This document shows positions 19,956 to 29,195 of a stretch of 64,000 bases of DNA, piece after piece. The stretch is taken from contig JBBTQY010000001.1 of NCBI GenBank assembly GCA_038065475.1, positions 26,145 to 90,144 of the forward strand. The letters are read 5' to 3'. The notes beneath the pieces are model-generated. The model ran no database searches. It was not told the origin of the DNA and saw nothing but the letters and a program-made list of their open reading frames with translations. The number at the start of each line of letters is the position of its first letter. Within the stretch, counting starts at the first letter, position 1. The position numbers and the translations under genes were made by a program. Origin of the DNA: Patescibacteria group bacterium (GTDB lineage Bacteria; Patescibacteriota; Minisyncoccia; Ryanbacterales; GWA2-47-10b).

Positions 19956-22900
19956 TTAGAGTTGTGTAATGCTGGCGGCGTTATTTACCCACTGATAGAG
20001 CCCTGTCCAGTTGAGTTTAATAACGCCAACCGCTACGCGATAGGTGCCTGGGCCTGGCGGCGTAAATTCATAGTTAAACACACGAGACTCACCTGCTTGC
20101 AAGGTTTCGCCATTGTAAAATTCTTGGAATACTTGCGTGCCTCCAGCGTCGTACACTTCAAGATTGAGTACTACATGACCGGGTTGAGTGCCGGTATTTT
20201 GAAGGGTCACATCGATATCACGCATACCGGACGCTCCAGTGACCACTGTACTCGCGTGTGTGGGCACAAAATCGGTCATCGGCGTGGTAGATCCGCCCAA
20301 TGACCATGCAGGGTCATTTACATCAACATCCGCCGTTGAACCAAATCGCCCATGGTGACCACTATTTGATCGATCGATAATATCTTGCCCGAAGTTTTCA
20401 TTGAACTTCCAGTATTTGATAAGACCAATCTGAGAGCCGATAAGAGGTTGACCGAGCGTCGCCAAAATATCATCATCTGCACGCACAATATTCCAAACAC
20501 GCATATCCTCGAGAACACCTTTAAATCCCCTTGCGGAATGATCCGCAGGATTGCCGCCGATCACCACAGGAGCTGACGTTTGTGCGATATTGCCCGTTTT
20601 CGGCACCGTTGCGACCACCGCTCCATTTTTATAGAGCCGCATCGCAGCACCGTCATAGCGCGCAGCAATGTGCGTAGTCTCGTTGAGTCCAAATGAACCG
20701 CCAACAAGTTTTGTGACTACACCGTCAGTATTAAGCCTAAAAACAAATTGATTTTGATCATTCACCCCGATAGACCAAACATAATCATTGTCAGTAATAC
20801 CTGTAGCCTTCGCGAGTAGGTCTGCGTTGCGACCAAGCTCTGACGCCTTAAACTCGGCCTCGAAAGTAAAGGTGGGCTCTTCTACGTCCCACACTCCGAT
20901 ATCGACATAATCATTTACACCGTCAAAAACGAGCGCGCCATCGTTATTCGTTGGTATAACAGAAGGTACACTCGCGCAATCGCCAAACCCCTCTGCTGGA
21001 TAACTAAAGATAGCCGTATTATCACCCCACTTATTTTTGACCCATGATGCAGGTCCGGGTGTTTCAAACGATGGATTCTTTACAAGATTGGAAGTATCAT
21101 TACCCTCCTTGCGTACATAAAACTGATCAACAGTTAATGAGCCGACACCATCAATAATATGGAAAAAAGTAACCGTACCTGTATTTGGGGGCGTCAGTAT
21201 AGATGCAGTGGCATCTTGCCATGTTGCTGCGGCGGGCAAAGTACCAAGCCCTCGATATTGTACCGATCCGTCATGCATTCTAAGCACCGCAACAATACGC
21301 GTTGGTACAGTTGCCTTATATTTATCTGAAAAATAATAAGTTAAATCTGATGCAACTACTAACGGCTCGTGATACCACTTGGCATCACCAGTCACATATT
21401 CAGTGATCTCAACTTTCGCTCCACGAACGGTGCAGGCTTCTATTTTTTCATATTCAAAGTTAACGAGTGCAGCGTATGCATTTTCATAGTATTCAAGCTT
21501 CATCGTATGGATTCCGGGTGTCATTTGATGAGTAACAGTATAAGTTGTCGCTGCCTGATCATGCCACTCATCTATGACAAGAACATCATCAACATAAAGC
21601 CGCACACCATCGTCAGCTGTTACAGTAAATTGATAAGTTGCGTCTTCAAAGTCTGCTTGCTTTATCCAGCGCGCTGAGAACCGGTCTGGTTGGATAAGTG
21701 CATGCGGAGAATTAAGCCCCCAATCAAAATTGATCGAGGCATCTTGCTGTACAACGCTCGGAGCTCCGCTCAGATTTATGTTATTGAAATATGATGCGCA
21801 AAATTCATCAGCACCGACGACACCCGATACCGGATAAGAAAAAGTTACCGTATTATCGCCCCAACTATTCTGAGCCCAGTTATCTGATCCTCCCTCTTCA
21901 AATGACCAATCGCTAATAAGATTATTTTCTTGATCTGATATATCGTAAAGTTCATAAGCATCCACTTCCAAAAACCCTACAGATCGAATGAGATGAAAAA
22001 TAGAAATACGTTGAGCATCCTCGGGTACAAAAAACGTTTTTTCGTTTTTTGTCCAGGTGTCAGACGGCGCCACTTCTCCTAACCAGCGGTACAAAAACGT
22101 TCCGTTGGTCAGACGGATTTGCAAAATTAAAGTTGAGGAAACATCTGATCGAGAGTAATTAGAAAAATTATATAATCCAGCGCCTGGCACAACATCTACC
22201 TCTTTCATGCGCCACTTGGCGTCACCGGACGTATATGCCGACATATCAATGCGAGCTGCCTTCGCGCTACAAATATCTTTCTTGGCATACGCAAGTTTTG
22301 CGACCGCCGCAAAACCATTTTCATAATATTCCATACGAATAGTATGGAGCCCCGGAGTGATTGAGCGCTCAACGGTATGAGCTGTCGCTGCTTGATCGTG
22401 CCATTCATCTATGATAGCGACATCGTCAATAAAGAGGCGCACGCCATCATCAGCATTTACCGTGAACTCATATAGCCCTCCATCAAAATTTTCTTGTCGC
22501 GTCCAACGAGCAGAAAAATGGTCATCAGGAATTACAGGATTCGGTGAACCAAGCCCCCAATCAAAATTGATCGAGGCATCACTACGCGTAAGAGCTGGCG
22601 TACCTATCGGCGTTTGAGTATTATAATACTCGCCGATAAAACCATTCGAAGCATCAACTAATCCTATATTAATACTTTTCTTCACAGAAAGACCTTGGGA
22701 ATCTGTTGCTGTTAAAGCAAGCTCGAAATATGTATCACTACCATGATCAGGAACGACGAAGCTACCAGACTCGCCCGTCATATCTAATAGAGGATGGTTA
22801 TGACACGTGCCAAACGGACAATGATGAACAATAACCACCCACTGAAGACTGCCCCCAGCAAGGGCACCGTCCTCAAGGTCACTGGCGGATCCGGAAAAAT

Positions 22901-24488
22901 TCAATGTATCACCTTGATGTACTGATGTTCCGTCAGTTGGAGCGATGATTGTCGCTGTAGGCTGATGATTGCCTGGCTGAATCTGCACAGAAGCCGAACC
23001 GGCTGCATTAAAGCTATCGGTGACAGTTAATGTTACGTTAAATATGCCAGCTGTCGTATATGTATATGTTGGATTTGCCTCTTCAGAGGTTGCCCCGTTA
23101 CCAAAATCCCAATGATAACTAATAGTATTTCCATCTTGGTCGGAAGATCCAGCGCTTGAAAAATGTACAGTCATTGGTACAGAGCCGCCTACTGCATCGG
23201 TAGAAATTTTTGCTGTGGGGGCATGATTATCGCTCGAGTAACGCACGCGCACAATCTCATCAGGATAAATAGAAACATAATAAAGATGCCCATCCGGCCC
23301 CATGGTGATATCCACCGGTGTTGCAACCTGCTGACTAAAAATCTTGTTACTATCAGGAACAAGGTTATTTAAATCGTCCAACCTTAAGGTACGCATTTCA
23401 TTGCGGCCGTAATCACTGAAAAAGAAAGAGCCCTGATACTCAGCCGGGAACTCTGTACCGGTATAAAAAGTACCACCAACTACCGCAGCTCCCGGCGGAT
23501 GATTATACGTATAGAGAGGTTTTGTATCTCCGCCTGCCGCATAAAAATCTTGGCACGCACCCATAAAATGATACCCCTCCTGCTGCTCGTCTCCCTCCCA
23601 ACATGGCCATCCATAATTGCCACCTGGAGTAATAACGTTGATTTCTTCAATAGCCGACCAGCCAACATCGCCTACAACAAGAGTGTTCGTACCAGGCTTA
23701 ATATTAAAACGGTATGGATTGCGAAACCCATATGCCCATACTTTTGAGCGATTTTCGTTTGGATCGCCAGTATAAAAAGGGTTTGATTCAATACCGGTGC
23801 CGTCTGTATTAATGTGTAAAATTTTACCCGCCAAACTATCAAGGTTTTGGGTACGCAACGCAAGCGGATCTACTGTCGTGAATGACGAGGCGTCACCTGA
23901 ACTGACAAAAAGAGTACCATCATCGGCAACCCGAACAGATCCAATAGTATGGCTTGGGGAGTCGCTCGGAATACAATCAGCACCTACGGGAAGATCTTCG
24001 CAAGACGCGGCACTAGCCGTCCCTAAGATGATCGTTTCACTGCCAGGTAGAGCAACATCGCCATCAGCGACAACACGAGAAAGACGACTTGTTTTAGTGC
24101 CAGTGTAATCATCGGGATTATTTTCATAAGTATAGAGTAGATAAATAAAATGGTTCGTCTCAAAGTCCTTATCAAAGGCAAGATCAAGTAAACCACGATC
24201 ATTATAATCATTGACGTGTGAGAGAGTGATAAATGGCGTAGGTAAAACAACACCATCCTTTACAACTTTCACCACTCCTCCCTTTTCCACCACAAACATT
24301 CGGCCATCGGGAGCAAAGCGTGTCGCTACGGGCAAATTAAAACCAGAGGCTACAGACTCAAGGTAAAAACCTGCTGGCAAATCAGTTGCCGCAGCACCCC
24401 ACGATACGGGGATGAAATGCCAAACACTCAAGGCTAAAAAAAGCCCGAGAACTATAGATATTTTTACTTTTATGGATTTCGTTTTCAT
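19956..24488 (-). CDS. Giant secreted multidomain protein: GSDH-type (PQQ sugar dehydrogenase-like) propeller, PKD/Ig, 2x PA14, 2x CBM-like, LamG, Ig
   Basis: Start placed at MKTKS (signal peptide follows; ORF track extends to 24593); DRGLL, SLAGKIL, YGFRNPYR, GNYGWP; YHWDFGNG; two INFDWG...FSARW...ADDGVRL...EYYEN repeats; LVFDGVNDYV. Confidence 0.88.
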   Translation of the reverse strand: MKTKSIKVKISIVLGLFLALSVWHFIPVSWGAAATDLPAGFYLESVASGFNLPVATRFAPDGRMFVVEKGGVVKVVKDGVVLPTPFITLSHVNDYNDRGLLDLAFDKDFETNHFIYLLYTYENNPDDYTGTKTSRLSRVVADGDVALPGSETIILGTASAASCEDLPVGADCIPSDSPSHTIGSVRVADDGTLFVSSGDASSFTTVDPLALRTQNLDSLAGKILHINTDGTGIESNPFYTGDPNENRSKVWAYGFRNPYRFNIKPGTNTLVVGDVGWSAIEEINVITPGGNYGWPCWEGDEQQEGYHFMGACQDFYAAGGDTKPLYTYNHPPGAAVVGGTFYTGTEFPAEYQGSFFFSDYGRNEMRTLRLDDLNNLVPDSNKIFSQQVATPVDITMGPDGHLYYVSIYPDEIVRVRYSSDNHAPTAKISTDAVGGSVPMTVHFSSAGSSDQDGNTISYHWDFGNGATSEEANPTYTYTTAGIFNVTLTVTDSFNAAGSASVQIQPGNHQPTATIIAPTDGTSVHQGDTLNFSGSASDLEDGALAGGSLQWVVIVHHCPFGTCHNHPLLDMTGESGSFVVPDHGSDTYFELALTATDSQGLSVKKSINIGLVDASNGFIGEYYNTQTPIGTPALTRSDASINFDWGLGSPNPVIPDDHFSARWTRQENFDGGLYEFTVNADDGVRLFIDDVAIIDEWHDQAATAHTVERSITPGLHTIRMEYYENGFAAVAKLAYAKKDICSAKAARIDMSAYTSGDAKWRMKEVDVVPGAGLYNFSNYSRSDVSSTLILQIRLTNGTFLYRWLGEVAPSDTWTKNEKTFFVPEDAQRISIFHLIRSVGFLEVDAYELYDISDQENNLISDWSFEEGGSDNWAQNSWGDNTVTFSYPVSGVVGADEFCASYFNNINLSGAPSVVQQDASINFDWGLNSPHALIQPDRFSARWIKQADFEDATYQFTVTADDGVRLYVDDVLVIDEWHDQAATTYTVTHQMTPGIHTMKLEYYENAYAALVNFEYEKIEACTVRGAKVEITEYVTGDAKWYHEPLVVASDLTYYFSDKYKATVPTRIVAVLRMHDGSVQYRGLGTLPAAATWQDATASILTPPNTGTVTFFHIIDGVGSLTVDQFYVRKEGNDTSNLVKNPSFETPGPASWVKNKWGDNTAIFSYPAEGFGDCASVPSVIPTNNDGALVFDGVNDYVDIGVWDVEEPTFTFEAEFKASELGRNADLLAKATGITDNDYVWSIGVNDQNQFVFRLNTDGVVTKLVGGSFGLNETTHIAARYDGAAMRLYKNGAVVATVPKTGNIAQTSAPVVIGGNPADHSARGFKGVLEDMRVWNIVRADDDILATLGQPLIGSQIGLIKYWKFNENFGQDIIDRSNSGHHGRFGSTADVDVNDPAWSLGGSTTPMTDFVPTHASTVVTGASGMRDIDVTLQNTGTQPGHVVLNLEVYDAGGTQVFQEFYNGETLQAGESRVFNYEFTPPGPGTYRVAVGVIKLNWTGLYQWVNNAASITQL

Positions 24489-24531
24489 GCTTAGCATTAC
24501 TAGGATATTCTTAGCACACAACAAGCCCCCA

Positions 24532-26133
24532 TTACAAAGCCTCGGGCACCGTGAGATCGCTGTTTTGATTACAGCCAAGTGTAGCTGCGACACGCTGCGA
24601 CTTGTCTCGAAGCTTATAAATCTTCACATCTTGATACGAATACACGCAATCAAACTCGCTCGCCAACCACTCACCGCTACGAAATCGCTCATCAATACGA
24701 TCTTTTTCTCTTAACACGGCCCAATCAACCGCGCGCTCAGGCGCCTCTAGTGCGGCGCCGAAAAGCTTGGGATCGCCCACATGCACCCAATACTTGAAAG
24801 GAATACGACTTGCAAAAGGCACAGCATCATTATTAAAAATATCGACCAAGATTAAACCGTGATCGTAATTATCTTGCAACCACTCACCCGCTTCCAGTCG
24901 ACTTTCATTGGCGTGCGCTCCGGCAAAACCATCAACAGCCTCATGCAGAGTTATAATATTATTACTAAGCAACATAACACCGTACTCAATAAAAATTACA
25001 ACGAGCATAAAGATACCAACCTTTTGAAATCGCGCCCCGATAACACCGACAAGGATGGCAAAAAATGGCACAAACATAAGTGCGTAGCGAACATTAAATA
25101 TAAGATACGGTGCTAGTTGGGGAACAAAGATAACGGCATTACCGCCAAATATATTGAGAATATAGTAAACGATGTGAACACCTATCAAGAGAACAAAAAG
25201 ATATCTTAATTGTTTATGCTTTAAGATTTGCCACACAATATATATGAGCCCGAAAATGCTAAAAATAATTAAGAACCATCCTGAGACCATTTGCGCCGCA
25301 TACCATATGTGAGCCAGGGTATTTTCAAGGTCGCCACGCGAGGGTAAGAAGCCGGCAGCTGCGAGTGACTCTTGTTGACCCTTCGAAGAATACTCCCCTA
25401 CTGCAAAATAAAATGGGTTATCAAAAATTGCATAATTCCAAGTAAGCCATAGAACGGGGCCGAGGAACGCAAGAGACGCAAATAAAATAATGGTTGCCTC
25501 AACCTTTTTAGAATCTCGAGAAGTAAGATATAAATAGAGAGCAACAACACATACCGTTGCGATAGCAAAAATCCAACCATCATAACGCGATAGCGTCGCG
25601 AATAAAAACGCTACGCCACTGGCGACCAAATAAATATCTTTAAGAGAACGTGCCCACAGCAAAGCATACATTAGAGCACCGAGCATGGCAGCTATATAAA
25701 ACATCTCTGACAAAGGCGTAGCCTGCATATAAAGCGTATTGGGATTTAGCATAAAGATAAGAGCTGCCAAACCCCCAGCAATCGGTCCTGCCAAAGTCTC
25801 TCCAATTTTGAAAAGAAACCATGAAGCAAGAATGTAAGCGAGCATCGAGAAAAAAATACCAGCAAACCCCGAATAGTAGAGAAAATCTATCCAGATAAAC
25901 GGCAGCATAACAAGGCTTGGTGCAGGCAACCATACATATCCCAATTGAGAAAATCCCGGAGACGTGCCGTCGACCACACGTCGCGACAAATTTAATCGAG
26001 CGGTGGCATCACCGCTAGCATTAGCGAGATCAAGATACATTACTAAAGCCGTCACGACCAAGCTCAAGAAAATAGCTAGAGCTAAAACAAAATATTTTAT
26101 ATATGGTTTATATTTTTCGATCATAGCAATCAT
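24532..26133 (-). CDS. GT-C (GT39/GT83-like) membrane glycosyltransferase
   Basis: About 12 TM helices, GDATARL, VWLP, NPNTLYMQATPLSE, LSRYDGW, extracellular C-terminal tail. Confidence 0.8.
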   Translation of the reverse strand: MIAMIEKYKPYIKYFVLALAIFLSLVVTALVMYLDLANASGDATARLNLSRRVVDGTSPGFSQLGYVWLPAPSLVMLPFIWIDFLYYSGFAGIFFSMLAYILASWFLFKIGETLAGPIAGGLAALIFMLNPNTLYMQATPLSEMFYIAAMLGALMYALLWARSLKDIYLVASGVAFLFATLSRYDGWIFAIATVCVVALYLYLTSRDSKKVEATIILFASLAFLGPVLWLTWNYAIFDNPFYFAVGEYSSKGQQESLAAAGFLPSRGDLENTLAHIWYAAQMVSGWFLIIFSIFGLIYIVWQILKHKQLRYLFVLLIGVHIVYYILNIFGGNAVIFVPQLAPYLIFNVRYALMFVPFFAILVGVIGARFQKVGIFMLVVIFIEYGVMLLSNNIITLHEAVDGFAGAHANESRLEAGEWLQDNYDHGLILVDIFNNDAVPFASRIPFKYWVHVGDPKLFGAALEAPERAVDWAVLREKDRIDERFRSGEWLASEFDCVYSYQDVKIYKLRDKSQRVAATLGCNQNSDLTVPEAL

Positions 26134-27704
26134 TCTAATACTCTCTGCTCACGTAAATGGCTCCCGTGACGCGTCTTCTCCCAAGTGTGTGGGCTACTGA
26201 TCATCTGTAAAACGGCGCGCATAGTGGCAACGGCCAAAAGCATCCAATAGAGCGGGGTCAGCAAAACATATTTTAATAGGGCGTAACGTTTGCGACGATA
26301 AACAGCTAAAAGATTCATATACATGAAAACAAAGTTTCCTACCAAAAAAGAAAAAATAGAGAAATAAAGTATCAGAGGAGGATAGAGTCTCTGGATAAAA
26401 GCAGCTTCGGTGGTGAACCAAATAAATTGAGTGATCCAAGATAAAAAATTGAGCAAGTTAAGAACAATTGTCCCCGGTACAATATATAAAAATGCAAAAA
26501 AGTTAATCCAGCCGCCTATCTCTTTTTTAAAACGAAAAGGATGTCGTAAATGTACAATGCTTGTCTGTATAAAACCCTTCATCCAACGAGTACGCTGCGG
26601 AATCCAAGAATCGAGAGTACTCGTAGCCTCTTCTAAGCTCGCACTATTAAGCATACCAACCTGGTAACCTTTACGATGAAGGCGCATACCGATATCGCAA
26701 TCTTCCGTAACATTGTATGGGTCCCAGGCGCCTATCGCTTTTAATGCCTCCATACGAAAGTGAGTGCTATGTCCAGATAATGGTATTGGAAAGCCTAGCT
26801 TTTGAAGACCTGGCAAAAATAAATCGTAGTAAAAAGCAAATTCTGCGTTAAAAAGCCTAGTGAGAATATTTTGATCAGCATTGTAATGATCAAGCCTTAC
26901 CTGGAGCGCTCCAACATCTGGATATTTTCCAAAAGCAAGAATAGCTTTTTTAAGCTGATCAGCATCCGGAATAATTTCTGCGTCATAAATAACAACATAC
27001 TCCCCCTTGGCCTGGTGCAAGGCAACATTAAGTGCCTTTGGTTTTGTCTTTGGCTTTACATTGGGCAAGATGAGAACACGAAAATTGTCCGGAGGATTTA
27101 TAGCTTTAATAGCATCGTGGGTGGCTTTATCATATTCTTCGAGAGTGATAATAAACTCGAGTTTTTCTTTAGGATAATCAATAGCTTTCATTGCACGCAC
27201 AATCTGCGGGATCACTTCGGCTTCATTTAAGAGCGGAATAAAAACAGTATAAAAAGGTAAATCATCTGTAAGCTCGGCTATTTCTTTCTTTGAGAAATCA
27301 ATGAGCGGATAATGCGAACCCTTATAGACTACCCAGAGCTTAAAAATAACGAAAGTAAAATAGAAGAGCGCTATCAATCCGGACAAGATAGCAAGAAATG
27401 AAAGATTAAGTGCTAGGTGCAAAAAAATTATAAAAAACGCAAACAGTACGGTAACGAATGCGCCCGCAGCGACAGTTTCATGATATACATGTTTTTTTGC
27501 GCTATGAATCTCCGGAAGAAACAGAAAATCGCCAGAATTATCAAAATCATGACCTCTAGCTTCTGAATGATGGGGATGATCTAAAAATTTGAATACAAAG
27601 AAAAACCAGACGCGCACCGTGCGCAATAAAGCCAATATAAAACCAGAAACCTCGTCCAAGACCGAGGAAATGAGAGGCTTAACTATTTTTACCATTCTTT
27701 CCAT
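26130..27704 (-). CDS. Processive GT2, cellulose-synthase-like
   Basis: IPLLNE, TKPKALN, IYDAE, LSGHSTHFR, WDPYNVTEDCD, QRTRWMKG, WEKTRHG. Confidence 0.9.
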   Translation of the reverse strand: MERMVKIVKPLISSVLDEVSGFILALLRTVRVWFFFVFKFLDHPHHSEARGHDFDNSGDFLFLPEIHSAKKHVYHETVAAGAFVTVLFAFFIIFLHLALNLSFLAILSGLIALFYFTFVIFKLWVVYKGSHYPLIDFSKKEIAELTDDLPFYTVFIPLLNEAEVIPQIVRAMKAIDYPKEKLEFIITLEEYDKATHDAIKAINPPDNFRVLILPNVKPKTKPKALNVALHQAKGEYVVIYDAEIIPDADQLKKAILAFGKYPDVGALQVRLDHYNADQNILTRLFNAEFAFYYDLFLPGLQKLGFPIPLSGHSTHFRMEALKAIGAWDPYNVTEDCDIGMRLHRKGYQVGMLNSASLEEATSTLDSWIPQRTRWMKGFIQTSIVHLRHPFRFKKEIGGWINFFAFLYIVPGTIVLNLLNFLSWITQFIWFTTEAAFIQRLYPPLILYFSIFSFLVGNFVFMYMNLLAVYRRKRYALLKYVLLTPLYWMLLAVATMRAVLQMISSPHTWEKTRHGSHLREQRVLE

Positions 27705-27764
27705 ATATGTAGCCGTCTAGACATTCGTACAACATATTAATTAAATTGTCAATACTCCTTTAAG

Positions 27765-27795
27765 AAAAAAGCGAGGTAGCCGATGCTACCTCGCT
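27765..27795 (-). terminator. Intrinsic terminator after the Cys-rich pair
   Basis: gcgaggtagc-cgat-gctacctcgc with U-tract on the minus strand. Confidence 0.8.
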
Positions 27796-27821
27796 GATGA
27801 TGAGACGCCTTCCAAGCCCTC

Positions 27822-28400
27822 TTACTGGGCCCAGCAAAACGCCTTGCAATAGTTGAACCTTGCTCGGCATTGCTTGATGGACACTCCGAGCGAAGCGCAC
27901 AAGCCCCTGGTGCAGGGGCGCTCACCGACTATCGGGTCGCAGATCTGCTCGCAGCAGTTCACCTCGGGCGGGCACTGCCCGCAGTACTGGCCGACGCATG
28001 TGCGCCAGACCTGATTGACGTAGCGCAGCGTGCACCCGTTTTGTCCGTACATGCCGACGCCGATACCGTGGTTACCATCCTGAGCGGTGAAGGACACCTC
28101 GAAGGTGTCGGACGTGAGTGCGCCGAGGACAACGTCGGAGTAAGGCTGATGCTCGATCCTGACGCCGTCTCGGAAGACGTCGAGTACGATCGTGACCGGC
28201 ACGTTGGGTGCGAGCGTCACATTCGTGATCTCGGCCGAGCAGTTGACCGGCTGACCTGCCGTCGGATTGTCCGGCACGCAGGTCGTCTGGATGTGGGCCA
28301 GCGGTGAAGTGGCCGGGCACTCGGCCGTCGCATGCGCATCCTCGGTGAAAACGGCGCAAAGCACGGCGAGAGCGATGATCGTTGCGGTAATGAACTTCAT
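27822..28400 (-). CDS. Secreted Cys-rich Ig-like protein
   Basis: Signal peptide ending AHA, many Cys, AAGGGAG SD; similar to the 28426-29019 protein. Confidence 0.8.
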   Translation of the reverse strand: MKFITATIIALAVLCAVFTEDAHATAECPATSPLAHIQTTCVPDNPTAGQPVNCSAEITNVTLAPNVPVTIVLDVFRDGVRIEHQPYSDVVLGALTSDTFEVSFTAQDGNHGIGVGMYGQNGCTLRYVNQVWRTCVGQYCGQCPPEVNCCEQICDPIVGERPCTRGLCASLGVSIKQCRARFNYCKAFCWAQ

Positions 28401-28425
28401 GTCTTTCTCCCTTGTGTTGTGACGG

Positions 28426-29019
28426 CTACTGCCAGTAGCCGCAGGTTTCTTTGCATTCCTTGAGAAGGGCGGCGCACTTCGAACTGTTCTTCTTCTGCCA
28501 GACGCACTGACCGTACGCCTTCATGTTGGTCATGTTCTCGTAGGCCTTGCACTCGTCTGAGCACGCAGGCGCTGGCGGCGCCTCACACGCCAACTCCTTC
28601 ACATCGAGAACGGCGACCTCATTCCATGCGTAGTTGGGACACCAACCGACACCGTACAGACCGAGGCGAGCAAAGTGCTTGCCCGCGGGCAGTACACATT
28701 GGAACTCGAGGATCTTGATCTCGTCCTGATCGAACCAGACCCCCTCGTTCTGCACCTTGCATGAGGTCTCGCCGCCATTATAGAAAACTTCGAGTAGCAC
28801 GACGAAGTCCGCGCCCACTCCGCGGTTCTCGATCCACGCCTTGCAGACCGACACATCGCCCGCACTTGCGGGGACGCACTCGGTCCGGTGATGCTGGAGC
28901 GGCGAGCAAAGCGCATCACCACAGGTCGCGCTGGCGAAGGAGGCGAACACGCCGAAGATGAGTGCCGCCAGCAACGAAACTGCTGACCGGACCCAGCGCC
29001 CTCTCTTGATTCTTTTCAT
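28426..29019 (-). CDS. Secreted Cys-rich Ig-like protein (paralog of the previous gene)
   Basis: Signal peptide ending ASA, many Cys, GGGGTGA SD. Confidence 0.8.
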   Translation of the reverse strand: MKRIKRGRWVRSAVSLLAALIFGVFASFASATCGDALCSPLQHHRTECVPASAGDVSVCKAWIENRGVGADFVVLLEVFYNGGETSCKVQNEGVWFDQDEIKILEFQCVLPAGKHFARLGLYGVGWCPNYAWNEVAVLDVKELACEAPPAPACSDECKAYENMTNMKAYGQCVWQKKNSSKCAALLKECKETCGYWQ

Positions 29020-29195
29020 AGCGTCACCCCAAATTGTTACAGAATATCTCTGTAACGCCCGAATCGTCGGGTCCGCGGTTATGAGTTAGAGTAGAATATA
29101 TTGTCAACGAACGTATTAATGAATATCAAGAAATCGTCGTTTTGTCAATAATTTATCTGGCGCAGTTTTTAAAAATCCTACATACTAAGATACAT

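Noticed and set aside
21650-22585. Near-identical DNA segments (e.g. caatcaaaattgatcgaggcatc) as a DGR template/variable repeat
   Set aside because: Explained by the in-frame PA14 duplication; no reverse transcriptase in the window
24489-24593. ORF-track N-terminal extension of the giant protein (similarly bcp, lexA, ogt, uppP, tgt, pepA)
   Set aside because: Extensions overlap upstream genes or promoters; downstream ATGs fit signal peptides or family starts better
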